Under the pieces are notes generated by a model. The model had not been told where the DNA came from. It saw only the letters and a program-made list of their open reading frames with translations, and ran no database searches. Below are positions 39,901 to 54,900 of a DNA stretch of 64,000 nt, in pieces; the stretch's first letter is position 1, and every line of letters starts with the position of its first letter. A program made the translations under genes and the position numbers. Origin of the DNA: Lingula anatina (taxonomy: Eukaryota; Animalia; Brachiopoda); contig CM120646.1 of assembly GCA_051362555.1 (NCBI GenBank), positions 8,990,001 to 9,054,000 of the forward strand, in the 5' to 3' direction.

Positions 39901-42900
39901 AAACTTAACCTAAACAGTTGACTATGACTAATAAAAAGGATATTTTCAGAACATATAAATTTGAGAAATACTTAAAATGACATTGAAAAGACTGCCAAAT
40001 GCGGTGCCTTAAAATAGTTAAATGTTAATAATTTTCACAAATCTTGTCTAATATTTGTGAAATTTGGATAGATGATGCATAACAACAATAAAAATCTGTG
40101 ATAAGCTCATCAGTTGACTGTGTCTCATGAAAAACATTTTTCAGAGCAAATAAATGTGAGAAAACTGAAAATAAAACTGAAAAGACTGCCAAATTCCATG
40201 GTATAAAATAGTTAAACATTAATATTTTTCACAAATCTTCTCCAATATTTGTGGAATTGGGAGTGATGATGCTTAACAATTATAAAAATCTGTGATTAGC
40301 TCATCAGTTTACTGTGTTTCATGAAAAACATTTTTGAGAGCATATAAATGTGAGAAAACTGAAAATGACATTGCAAAGACTGCAAAATTCCATGGCTTAA
40401 AATAGTTAAATGTTAATAATTTTCACAAATCTTGTCTAATATTTGTGAAATTTGGATAGATGATGCTAAACAACAATAAAAATCTGTGATAAGCTCATCA
40501 GTTGACTGTGTTTCATGAAAAACATTTTTCAGAGCAAATAAATGTGAGAAAACTGAAAATAAAACTGAAAAGACTGCCAAATTCCATGGTATAAAATAGT
40601 TAAACATTAATATTTTTCACAAATCTTGTCCAATATTTGTGGAATTGGGAGTGATGATGCTTAACAATAATAAAAATCTGTGATTAGCTCATCAGTTTAC
40701 TGTTTCATGAAAAACATTTTTGAGAGCATATAAATGTGAGAAAACTGAAAATGACATTGCAAAGACTGCAAATTTCCATGGCTTAAAATAGTTAAATGTT
40801 AATAATTTTCACAAATCTTGTCTAATATTTGTGGAATTTGGAGAGATGATGCTTAACAATAATACAAGTCTGTGATAAGCTCATCAGTTTACTGTGTCTC
40901 ATGAAAAACATTTTTTTATTTGGACAATAAATTTGAGAAAACTGAAAATAACACTGAAACGACTGCCAAATTCCATGGCTTAAAATAGTTAAACGTTAAT
41001 AATTTTTACAAATCTTGTCTAATATTTATGAAATTTGGAAAGATGATGCATAACAATAATAAAAATCTGCGATAAGCTCATCAGTTGAATGTGTCTCATG
41101 AAAAAGAATTTTCAGAGCATATAAATGTGAAAAAACTGAAAATGACATTGCAAAGACTGCAAAATTCAATGGCTTAGAATAGTTAAACGTTAATAATTTT
41201 CACAAAACATGTTCAATATTTGTGAAATTTGGAGAGATGATGCTTAACAATATCAAAAATCTGTGATAAGTTTAACAGTTGACAGTGTGTGATAGAATTG
41301 TAGTTGTTTGACATATTGTATGCGAAGAGTGAGAATTATCTAAAATATTTTTTTTTCAATTTCACAACATCTAATTAGACTCACATTAAACATCAAATAT
41401 CATGATTTGAGTTTGTTTGTGTAAGAGGTGACAAATTACCCATAATTTTCCTCTGGAAAAGAATATATACCCATTTAAGACATCTCCTTACTACCAATAC
41501 CAGATGCAGATTCCTCCTTACAATCGGTTTCTGGAATAGGGTTTAGCACACCATTTGACAATGTCCTAAAGCTTGCCATATACCATCTATTGTACACATG
41601 GATGAGACATAGCATTGCTCTTGCTGTTGTCTTTTGCTGTCTGTTTTTTCTAAAGGAATTAGCCCTGACCAGACAGGAAGAATCAGTTCACCAAAAAAGC
41701 CATCACGCTGTATGGAAAAGGTTACCTGGAAAAAGAACAATATCTTTGATAAAAGTGAAAATTAAATTCTAAAAATTGACAAATTTCCCACACTAAAATA
41801 GATGAACAATAATTTTGATAAACGTAACCTAAACAGTTGACTATGACTAATAAAAAGGATATTTTCAGAACATATAAATTTGAGAAATACTTAAAATGAC
41901 ATTGAAAAGACTGCCAAATGCGGTGCCTTAAAATAGTTAAATGTTAATAATTTTCACAAATCTTGTCTAATATTTGTGAAATTTGGATAGATGATGCATA
42001 ACAACAATAAAAATCTGTGATAAGCTCATCAGTTGACTGTGTCTCATGAAAAACATTTTTCAGAGCAAATAAATGTGAGAAAACTGAAAATAAAACTGAA
42101 AAGACTGCCAAATTCCATGGTATAAAATAGTTAAACATTAATATTTTTCACAAATCTTCTCCAATATTTGTGGAATTGGGAGTGATGATGCTTAACAATT
42201 ATAAAAATCTGTGATTAGCTCATCAGTTTACTGTGTTTCATGAAAAACATTTTTGAGAGCATATAAATGTGAGAAAACTGAAAATGACATTGCAAAGACT
42301 GCAAAATTCCATGGCTTAAAATAGTTAAATGTTAATAATTTTCACAAATCTTGTCTAATATTTGTGAAATTTGGATAGATGATGCTAAACAACAATAAAA
42401 ATCTGTGATAAGCTCATCAGTTGACTGTGTTTCATGAAAAACATTTTTCAGAGCAAATAAATGTGAGAAAACTGAAAATAAAACTGAAAAGACTGCCAAA
42501 TTCCATGGTATAAAATAGTTAAACATTAATATTTTTCACAAATCTTGTCCAATATTTGTGGAATTGGGAGTGATGATGCTTAACAATAATAAAAATCTGT
42601 GATTAGCTCATCAGTTTACTGTTTCATGAAAAACATTTTTGAGAGCATATAAATGTGAGAAAACTGAAAATGACATTGCAAAGACTGCAAATTTCCATGG
42701 CTTAAAATAGTTAAATGTTAATAATTTTCACAAATCTTGTCTAATATTTGTGGAATTTGGAGAGATGATGCTTAACAATAATACAAGTCTGTGATAAGCT
42801 CATCAGTTTACTGTGTCTCATGAAAAACATTTTTTTATTTGGACAATAAATTTGAGAAAACTGAAAATAACACTGAAACGACTGCCAAATTCCATGGCTT

Positions 42901-45900
42901 AAAATAGTTAAACGTTAATAATTTTTACAAATCTTGTCTAATATTTATGAAATTTGGAAAGATGATGCATAACAATAATAAAAATCTGCGATAAGCTCAT
43001 CAGTTGAATGTGTCTCATGAAAAAGAATTTTCAGAGCATATAAATGTGAAAAAACTGAAAATGACATTGCAAAGACTGCAAAATTCAATGGCTTAGAATA
43101 GTTAAACGTTAATAATTTTCACAAAACATGTTCAATATTTGTGAAATTTGGAGAGATGATGCTTAACAATATCAAAAATCTGTGATAAGTTTAACAGTTG
43201 ACAGTGTGTGATAGAATTGTAGTTGTTTGACATATTGTATGCGAAGAGTGAGAATTATCTAAAATATTTTTTTTTCAATTTCACAACATCTAATTAGACT
43301 CACATTAAACATCAAATATCATGATTTGAGTTTGTTTGTGTAAGAGGTGACAAATTACCCATAATTTTCCTCTGGAAAAGAATATATACCCATTTAAGAC
43401 ATCTCCTTACTACCAATACCAGATGCAGATTCCTCCTTACAATCGGTTTCTGGAATAGGGTTTAGCACACCATTTGACAATGTCCTAAAGCTTGCCATAT
43501 ACCATCTATTGTACACATGGATGAGACATAGCATTGCTCTTGCTGTTGTCTTTTGCTGTCTGTTTTTTCTAAAGGAATTAGCCCTGACCAGACAGGAAGA
43601 ATCAGTTCACCAAAAAAGCCATCACGCTGTATGGAAAAGGTTACCTGGAAAAAGAACAATATCTTTGATAAAAGTGAAAATTAAATTCTAAAAATTGACA
43701 AATTTCCCACACTAAAATAGATGAACAATAATTTTGATAAACGTAACCTAAACAGTTGACTATGACTAATAAAAAGGATATTTTCAGAACATATAAATTT
43801 GAGAAATACTTAAAATGACATTGAAAAGACTGCCAAATGCGGTGCCTTAAAATAGTTAAATGTTAATAATTTTCACAAATCTTGTCTAATATTTGTGAAA
43901 TTTGGATAGATGATGCATAACAACAATAAAAATCTGTGATAAGCTCATCAGTTGACTGTGTCTCATGAAAAACATTTTTCAGAGCAAATAAATGTGAGAA
44001 AACTGAAAATAAAACTGAAAAGACTGCCAAATTCCATGGTATAAAATAGTTAAACATTAATATTTTTCACAAATCTTCTCCAATATTTGTGGAATTGGGA
44101 GTGATGATGCTTAACAATTATAAAAATCTGTGATTAGCTCATCAGTTTACTGTGTTTCATGAAAAACATTTTTGAGAGCATATAAATGTGAGAAAACTGA
44201 AAATGACATTGCAAAGACTGCAAAATTCCATGGCTTAAAATAGTTAAATGTTAATAATTTTCACAAATCTTGTCTAATATTTGTGAAATTTGGATAGATG
44301 ATGCTAAACAACAATAAAAATCTGTGATAAGCTCATCAGTTGACTGTGTTTCATGAAAAACATTTTTCAGAGCAAATAAATGTGAGAAAACTGAAAATAA
44401 AACTGAAAAGACTGCCAAATTCCATGGTATAAAATAGTTAAACATTAATATTTTTCACAAATCTTGTCCAATATTTGTGGAATTGGGAGTGATGATGCTT
44501 AACAATAATAAAAATCTGTGATTAGCTCATCAGTTTACTGTTTCATGAAAAACATTTTTGAGAGCATATAAATGTGAGAAAACTGAAAATGACATTGCAA
44601 AGACTGCAAATTTCCATGGCTTAAAATAGTTAAATGTTAATAATTTTCACAAATCTTGTCTAATATTTGTGGAATTTGGAGAGATGATGCTTAACAATAA
44701 TACAAGTCTGTGATAAGCTCATCAGTTTACTGTGTCTCATGAAAAACATTTTTTTATTTGGACAATAAATTTGAGAAAACTGAAAATAACACTGAAACGA
44801 CTGCCAAATTCCATGGCTTAAAATAGTTAAACGTTAATAATTTTTACAAATCTTGTCTAATATTTATGAAATTTGGAAAGATGATGCATAACAATAATAA
44901 AAATCTGCGATAAGCTCATCAGTTGAATGTGTCTCATGAAAAAGAATTTTCAGAGCATATAAATGTGAAAAAACTGAAAATGACATTGCAAAGACTGCAA
45001 AATTCAATGGCTTAGAATAGTTAAACGTTAATAATTTTCACAAAACATGTTCAATATTTGTGAAATTTGGAGAGATGATGCTTAACAATATCAAAAATCT
45101 GTGATAAGTTTAACAGTTGACAGTGTGTGATAGAATTGTAGTTGTTTGACATATTGTATGCGAAGAGTGAGAATTATCTAAAATATTTTTTTTTCAATTT
45201 CACAACATCTAATTAGACTCACATTAAACATCAAATATCATGATTTGAGTTTGTTTGTGTAAGAGGTGACAAATTACCCATAATTTTCCTCTGGAAAAGA
45301 ATATATACCCATTTAAGACATCTCCTTACTACCAATACCAGATGCAGATTCCTCCTTACAATCGGTTTCTGGAATAGGGTTTAGCACACCATTTGACAAT
45401 GTCCTAAAGCTTGCCATATACCATCTATTGTACACATGGATGAGACATAGCATTGCTCTTGCTGTTGTCTTTTGCTGTCTGTTTTTTCTAAAGGAATTAG
45501 CCCTGACCAGACAGGAAGAATCAGTTCACCAAAAAAGCCATCACGCTGTATGGAAAAGGTTACCTGGAAAAAGAACAATATCTTTGATAAAAGTGAAAAT
45601 TAAATTCTAAAAATTGACAAATTTCCCACACTAAAATAGATGAACAATAATTTTGATAAACGTAACCTAAACAGTTGACTATGACTAATAAAAAGGATAT
45701 TTTCAGAACATATAAATTTGAGAAATACTGAAAATGACATTGAAAAGACTGCCAAATGCGGTGCCTTAAAATAGTTAAATGTTAATAATTTTCACAAATC
45801 TTGTCTAATATTTGTGAAATTTGGATAGATGATGCATAACAACAATAAAAATCTGTGATAAGCTCATCAGTTGACTGTGTCTCATGAAAAACATTTTTCA

Positions 45901-48900
45901 GAGCAAATAAATGTGAGAAAACTGAAAATAAAACTGAAAAGACTGCCAAATTCCATGGTATAAAATAGTTAAACATTAATATTTTTCACAAATCTTCTCC
46001 AATATTTGTGGAATTGGGAGTGATGATGCTTAACAATTATAAAAATCTGTGATTAGCTCATCAGTTTACTGTGTTTCATGAAAAACATTTTTGAGAGCAT
46101 ATAAATGTGAGAAAACTGAAAATGACATTGCAAAGACTGCAAAATTCCATGGCTTAAAATAGTTAAATGTTAATAATTTTCACAAATCTTGTCTAATATT
46201 TGTGAAATTTGGATAGATGATGCATAACAACAATAAAAATCTGTGATAAGCTCATCAGTTGACTGTGTTTCATGAAAAACATTTTTCAGAGCAAATAAAT
46301 GTGAGAAAACTGAAAAAAAAACTGAAAAGACTGCCAAATTCCATGGTATAAAATAGTTAAACATTAATATTTTTCACAAATCTTGTCCAATATTTGTGGA
46401 ATTGGGAGTGATGATGCTTAACAATAATAAAAATCTGTGATTAGCTCATCAGTTTACTGTTTCATGAAAAACATTTTTGAGAGCATATAAATGTGAGAAA
46501 ACTGAAAATGACATTGCAAAGACTGCAAATTTCCATGGCTTAAAATAGTTAAATGTTAATAATTTTCACAAATCTTGTCTAATATTTGTGGAATTTGGAG
46601 AGATGATGCTTAACAATAATACAAGTCTGTGATAAGCTCATCAGTTTACTGTGTCTCATGAAAAACATTTTTTTATTTGGACAATAAATTTGAGAAAACT
46701 GAAAATAACACTGAAACGACTGCCAAATTCCATGGCTTAAAATAGTTAAACGTTAATAATTTTTACAAATCTTGTCTAATATTTATGAAATTTGGAAAGA
46801 TGATGCATAACAATAATAAAAATCTGCGATAAGCTCATCAGTTGAATGTGTCTCATGAAAAAGAATTTTCAGAGCATATAAATGTGAAAAAACTGAAAAT
46901 GACATTGCAAAGACTGCAAAATTCAATGGCTTAGAATAGTTAAACGTTAATAATTTTCACAAAACATGTTCAATATTTGTGAAATTTGGAGAGATGATGC
47001 TTAACAATATCAAAAATCTGTGATAAGTTTAACAGTTGACAGTGTGTGATAGAATTGTAGTTGTTTGACATATTGTATGCGAAGAGTGAGAATTATCTAA
47101 AATATTTTTTTTTCAATTTCACAACATCTAATTAGACTCACATTAAACATCAAATATCATGATTTGAGTTTGTTTGTGTAAGAGGTGACAAATTACCCAT
47201 AATTTTCCTCTGGAAAAGAATATATACCCATTTAAGACATCTCCTTACTACCAATACCAGATGCAGATTCCTCCTTACAATCGGTTTCTGGAATAGGGTT
47301 TAGCACACCATTTGACAATGTCCTAAAGCTTGCCATATACCATCTATTGTACACATGGATGAGACATAGCATTGCTCTTGCTGTTGTCTTTTGCTGTCTG
47401 TTTTTTCTAAAGGAATTAGCCCTGACCAGACAGGAAGAATCAGTTCACCAAAAAAGCCATCACGCTGTATGGAAAAGGTTACCTGGAAAAAGAACAATAT
47501 CTTTGATAAAAGTGAAAATTAAATTCTAAAAATTGACAAATTTCCCACACTAAAATAGATGAACAATAATTTTGATAAACGTAACCTAAACAGTTGACTA
47601 TGACTAATAAAAAGGATATTTTCAGAACATATAAATTTGAGAAATACTGAAAATGACATTGAAAAGACTGCCAAATGCGGTGCCTTAAAATAGTTAAATG
47701 TTAATAATTTTCACAAATCTTGTCTAATATTTGTGAAATTTGGATAGATGATGCATAACAACAATAAAAATCTGTGATAAGCTCATCAGTTGACTGTGTC
47801 TCATGAAAAACATTTTTCAGAGCAAATAAATGTGAGAAAACTGAAAATAAAACTGAAAAGACTGCCAAATTCCATGGTATAAAATAGTTAAACATTAATA
47901 TTTTTCACAAATCTTCTCCAATATTTGTGGAATTGGGAGTGATGATGCTTAACAATTATAAAAATCTGTGATTAGCTCATCAGTTTACTGTGTTTCATGA
48001 AAAACATTTTTGAGAGCATATAAATGTGAGAAAACTGAAAATGACATTGCAAAGACTGCAAAATTCCATGGCTTAAAATAGTTAAATGTTAATAATTTTC
48101 ACAAATCTTGTCTAATATTTGTGAAATTTGGATAGATGATGCATAACAACAATAAAAATCTGTGATAAGCTCATCAGTTGACTGTGTTTCATGAAAAACA
48201 TTTTTCAGAGCAAATAAATGTGAGAAAACTGAAAATAAAACTGAAAAGACTGCCAAATTCCATGGTATAAAATAGTTAAACATTAATATTTTTCACAAAT
48301 CTTGTCCAATATTTGTGGAATTGGGAGTGATGATGCTTAACAATAATAAAAATCTGTGATTAGCTCATCAGTTTACTGTTTCATGAAAAACATTTTTGAG
48401 AGCATATAAATGTGAGAAAACTGAAAATGACATTGCAAAGACTGCAAATTTCCATGGCTTAAAATAGTTAAATGTTAATAATTTTCACAAATCTTGTCTA
48501 ATATTTGTGGAATTTGGAGAGATGATGCTTAACAATAATACAAGTCTGTGATAAGCTCATCAGTTTACTGTGTCTCATGAAAAACATTTTTTTATTTGGA
48601 CAATAAATTTGAGAAAACTGAAAATAACACTGAAACGACTGCCAAATTCCATGGCTTAAAATAGTTAAACGTTAATAATTTTTACAAATCTTGTCTAATA
48701 TTTATGAAATTTGGAAAGATGATGCATAACAATAATAAAAATCTGCGATAAGCTCATCAGTTGAATGTGTCTCATGAAAAAGAATTTTCAGAGCATATAA
48801 ATGTGAAAAAACTGAAAATGACATTGCAAAGACTGCAAAATTCAATGGCTTAGAATAGTTAAACGTTAATAATTTTCACAAAACATGTTCAATATTTGTG

Positions 48901-51900
48901 AAATTTGGAGAGATGATGCTTAACAATATCAAAAATCTGTGATAAGTTTAACAGTTGACAGTGTGTGATAGAATTGTAGTTGTTTGACATATTGTATGCG
49001 AAGAGTGAGAATTATCTAAAATATTTTTTTTTCAATTTCACAACATCTAATTAGACTCACATTAAACATCAAATATCATGATTTGAGTTTGTTTGTGTAA
49101 GAGGTGACAAATTACCCATAATTTTCCTCTGGAAAAGAATATATACCCATTTAAGACATCTCCTTACTACCAATACCAGATGCAGATTCCTCCTTACAAT
49201 CGGTTTCTGGAATAGGGTTTAGCACACCATTTGACAATGTCCTAAAGCTTGCCATATACCATCTATTGTACACATGGATGAGACATAGCATTGCTCTTGC
49301 TGTTGTCTTTTGCTGTCTGTTTTTTCTAAAGGAATTAGCCCTGACCAGACAGGAAGAATCAGTTCACCAAAAAAGCCATCACGCTGTATGGAAAAGGTTA
49401 CCTGGAAAAAGAACAATATCTTTGATAAAAGTGAAAATTAAATTCTAAAAATTGACAAATTTCCCACACTAAAATAGATGAACAATAATTTTGATAAACG
49501 TAACCTAAACAGTTGACTATGACTAATAAAAAGGATATTTTCAGAACATATAAATTTGAGAAATACTGAAAATGACATTGAAAAGACTGCCAAATGCGGT
49601 GCCTTAAAATAGTTAAATGTTAATAATTTTCACAAATCTTGTCTAATATTTGTGAAATTTGGATAGATGATGCATAACAACAATAAAAATCTGTGATAAG
49701 CTCATCAGTTGACTGTGTCTCATGAAAAACATTTTTCAGAGCAAATAAATGTGAGAAAACTGAAAATAAAACTGAAAAGACTGCCAAATTCCATGGTATA
49801 AAATAGTTAAACATTAATATTTTTCACAAATCTTCTCCAATATTTGTGGAATTGGGAGTGATGATGCTTAACAATTATAAAAATCTGTGATTAGCTCATC
49901 AGTTTACTGTGTTTCATGAAAAACATTTTTGAGAGCATATAAATGTGAGAAAACTGAAAATGACATTGCAAAGACTGCAAAATTCCATGGCTTAAAATAG
50001 TTAAATGTTAATAATTTTCACAAATCTTGTCTAATATTTGTGAAATTTGGATAGATGATGCATAACAACAATAAAAATCTGTGATAAGCTCATCAGTTGA
50101 CTGTGTTTCATGAAAAACATTTTTCAGAGCAAATAAATGTGAGAAAACTGAAAATAAAACTGAAAAGACTGCCAAATTCCATGATATAAAATAGTTAAAC
50201 ATTAATATTTTTCACAAATCTTGTCCAATATTTGTGGAATTGGGAGTGATGATGCTTAACAATAATAAAAATCTGTGATTAGCTCATCAGTTTACTGTTT
50301 CATGAAAAACATTTTTGAGAGCATATAAATGTGAGAAAACTGAAAATGACATTGCAAAGACTGCAAATTTCCATGGCTTAAAATAGTTAAATGTTAATAA
50401 TTTTCACAAATCTTGTCTAATATTTGTGGAATTTGGAGAGATGATGCTTAACAATAATACAAGTCTGTGATAAGCTCATCAGTTTACTGTGTCTCATGAA
50501 AAACATTTTTTTATTTGGACAATAAATTTGAGAAAACTGAAAATAACACTGAAACGACTGCCAAATTCCATGGCTTAAAATAGTTAAACGTTAATAATTT
50601 TTACAAATCTTGTCTAATATTTATGAAATTTGGAAAGATGATGCATAACAATAATAAAAATCTGCGATAAGCTCATCAGTTGAATGTGTCTCATGAAAAA
50701 GAATTTTCAGAGCATATAAATGTGAAAAAACTGAAAATGACATTGCAAAGACTGCAAAATTCAATGGCTTAGAATAGTTAAACGTTAATAATTTTCACAA
50801 AACATGTTCAATATTTGTGAAATTTGGAGAGATGATGCTTAACAATATCAAAAATCTGTGATAAGTTTAACAGTTGACAGTGTGTGATAGAATTGTAGTT
50901 GTTTGACATATTGTATGCGAAGAGTGAGAATTATCTAAAATATTTTTTTTTCAATTTCACAACATCTAATTAGACTCACATTAAACATCAAATATCATGA
51001 TTTGAGTTTGTTTGTGTAAGAGGTGACAAATTACCCATAATTTTCCTCTGGAAAAGAATATATACCCATTTAAGACATCTCCTTACTACCAATACCAGAT
51101 GCAGATTCCTCCTTACAATCGGTTTCTGGAATAGGGTTTAGCACACCATTTGACAATGTCCTAAAGCTTGCCATATACCATCTATTGTACACATGGATGA
51201 GACATAGCATTGTTCTTGCTGTTGTCTTTTGCTGTCTGTTTTTTCTATAGGAATTAGCCCTGACCAGACAGGAAGAATCAGTTCACCAAAAAAGCCATCA
51301 CGCTGTATGGAAAAGGTCACCTGGAAAAAGAACAACATGTTTCATAAAAGTGAAAACTAAATTCTAAAGATTGACAAATTTCCCACACTAAAAAAGTTGA
51401 ACAATAATTTTGATAAACTTAACCTAAACAGTTGACTATGACTAATAAAAAGGATATTTTCAGAACATATAAATTTGAGAAATACTTAAAATGACATTGA
51501 AAAGACTGCCAAATGCGGTGCCTTAAAATAGTTAAATGTTAATAATTTTCACAAATCTTGTCTAATATTTGTGAAATTTGGATAGATGATGCATAACAAC
51601 AATAAAAATCTGTGATAAGCTCATCAGTTGACTGTGTCTCATGAAAAACATTTTTCAGAGCAAATAAATGTGAGAAAACTGAAAATAAAACTGAAAAGAC
51701 TGTCAAATTCCATGGTATAAAATAGTTAAACATTAATATTTTTCACAAATCTTCTCCAATATTTGTGGAATTGGGAGTGATGATGCTTAACAATTATAAA
51801 AATCTGTGATTAGCTCATCAGTTTACTGTGTTTCATGAAAAACATTTTTGAGAGCATATAAATGTGAGAAAACTGAAAATGACATTGCAAAGACTGCAAA

Positions 51901-54900
51901 ATTCCATGGCTTAAAATAGTTAAATGTTAATAATTTTCACAAATCTTGTCTAATATTTGTGAAATTTGGATAGATGATGCATAACAACAATAAAAATCTG
52001 TGATAAGCTCATCAGTTGACTGTGTTTCATGAAAAACATTTTTCAGAGCAAATAAATGTGAGAAAACTGAAAATAAAACTGAAAAGACTGCCAAATTCCA
52101 TGGTATAAAATAGTTAAACATTAATATTTTTCACAAATCTTGTCCAATATTTGTGGAATTGGGAGTGATGATGCTTAACAATAATAAAAATCTGTGATTA
52201 GCTCATCAGTTTACTGTTTCATGAAAAATATTTTTGAGAGCATATAAATGTGAGAAAACTGAAAATGACATTGCAAAGACTGCAAATTTCCATGGCTTAA
52301 AATAGTTAAATGTTAATAATTTTCACAAATCTTGTCTAATATTTGTGGAATTTGGAGAGATGATGCTTAACAATAATACAAGTCTGTGATAAGCTCATCA
52401 GTTTACTGTGTCTCATGAAAAACATTTTTTTATTTGGACAATAAATTTGAGAAAACTGAAAATAACACTGAAATGACTGCCAAATTCTATGGCTTAAAAT
52501 AGTTAAACGTTAATAATTTTTACAAATCTTGTCTAATATTTATGAAATTTGGACAGATGATGCATAACAATAATAAAAATCTGCAATAAGCTCATCAGTT
52601 GAATGTGTCTCATTAAAAAGAATTTTCAGAGCATATAAATGTGAAAAAACTGAAAATGACATTGCAAAGACTGCAAAATTCAATGGCTTAGTTAAACGTT
52701 AATAATTTTCACAAAACATGTTCAATATTTGTGAAATTTGGAGAGATGATGCTTAACAATATCAAAAATCTGTGATAAGTTTAACAGTTGACAGTGTGTG
52801 ATAGAATTGTAGTTGTTTGACATATTGTATGCGAAGAGTGAGAATTATCTAAAATATTTTTTTTTCAATTTCACAACATCTAATTAGACTCACATTAAAC
52901 ATCAAATATCATGATTTGAGTTTGTTTGTGTAAGAGGTGACAAATTACCCATAATTTTCCTCTGGAAAAGAATATATACCCATTTAAGACATCTCCTTAC
53001 TACCAATACCAGATGTAGATTCCTCCTTACAATCGGTTTCTGGAATAGGGTTTAGCACACCATTTGACAATGTCCTAAAGCTTGCCATATACCATCTATT
53101 GTACACATGGATGAGACATAGCATTGTTCTTGCTGTTGTCTTTTGCTGTCTGTTTTTTCTACAGGAATTAGCCCTGACCAGACAGGAAGAATCAGTTCAC
53201 CAAAAAAGCCATCACGCTGTATGGAAAAGGTCACCTGGAAAAAGAACAACATGTTTGATAAAAGTGAAAACTAAATTCTAAAGATTGACAAATTTCCCAC
53301 ACTAAAAAAGTTGAACAATAATTTTGATAAACTTAACCTAAACAGTTGACTATGACTAATAAAAAGGATATTTTCAGAACATATAAATTTGAGAAATACT
53401 TAAAATGACATTGAAAAGACTGCCAAATGCGGTGCCTTAAAATAGTTAAACGTTAATAATTTTCACAAATCTTGTCTAATATTTGTGAAATTTGGATAGA
53501 TGATGCATAACAACAATAAAAATCTATGATAAGCTCAACAGTTGACTGTCTCATAAAAAATATTTTTTTGGACAATAAAATTGAGAAAACTGAAAATGAC
53601 ATTGAAAAGACTGCAAAATTCCATGGCTTAAAATAGTTAAACGTTAATAATTTTCACAAATCTTGTCCAATATTTTTCAAATTTGGACAGATGATGCATA
53701 ACAATAATAAAAGTCTGGGATGAGCTCATCAGTTGAATGTGTCTCATGAAAAAGAATTTTCAGAGCATATAAATGTGAAAAAACTGAAACTGACATTGCA
53801 AAGACTGCAAAATTCCATGGCTTAAAATAGTTAAACGTTAATAATTTTCACAAATCTTGTCTAATATTTGTGAAATTTGGAAAGATGATGCAACAATAAA
53901 AATCTGTGATAAGCTCATCAGTTTACTGTGTCTCATGAAAAACATTTTTTTTTTTTTTGGACAATAAATTTGAGAAAACTGAAAATAACACTGAAACGAC
54001 TGCCAAATTCCATGGCTTAAAATAGTTAAACGTTAATAATTTTTACAAATCTTGTCTAATATTTATGAAATTTGGAAAGATGATGCATAACAATAATAAA
54101 AATCTGCGATAAGCTCATCAGTTGAATGTGTCTCATTAAAAAGAATTTTCAGAGCATATAAATGTGAAAAAACTGAAAATAAAACTGAAAAGACTGCCAA
54201 ATTCCATGGTATAAAATAGTTAAACATTAATATTTTTCACAAATCTTCTCCAATATTTGTGGAATTGGGAGTGATGATGCTTAACAATAATAAAAATCTG
54301 TGATTAGCTCATCAGTTTACTGTGTTTCATGAAAAACATTTTTGAGAGCATATAAATGTGAGAAAACTGAAAATGACATTGCAAAGACTGCAAAATTCCA
54401 TGGCTTAAAATAGTTAAACGTTAATAATTTTCACAAATCTTGTCTAATATTTGTGGAATTTGGAGAGATGATACTAAACAATAATAAAAATCTGTGATAA
54501 GCTCATTAGTTTACTGTGTCTCATGAAAAAGATTTTTTTTTTTTTGGACAATAAATTTGAGAAAACTGAAAATAACACTGAAACGACTGCCAAATTCCAT
54601 GGCTTAAAATAGTTAAACGTTAATAATTTTTACAAATCTTGTCTAATATTTATGAAATTTGGAAAGATGATGCATAACAATAATAAAAATCTGCGATAAG
54701 CTCATCAGTTGAATGTGTCTCATTAAAAAGAATTTTCAGAGCATATAAATGTGAAAAAACTGAAAATGACATTGCAAAGACTGCAAAATTCAATGGCTTA
54801 GAATAGTTAAACGTTAATAATTTTCACAAAACATGTTCAATATTTGTGAAATTTGGAGAGATGATGCTTAACAATATCAAAAATCTGTGATAAGTTTAAC

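Larger units (their letters stand above)
30414..53051. repeat. Highly homogenised 1919-bp higher-order repeat (cassette + interrupted monomer + 6 full monomers)
   Basis: Spacing is exactly 1919 bp three times in 30414-36171 and six times in 39624-51138, and 1919 = 755 + 6 x 194. Monomer variants keep a fixed order, including an internal 388-bp dimer duplication (ORF pairs 30815/31203, 32734/33122 and so on). Confidence 0.95.
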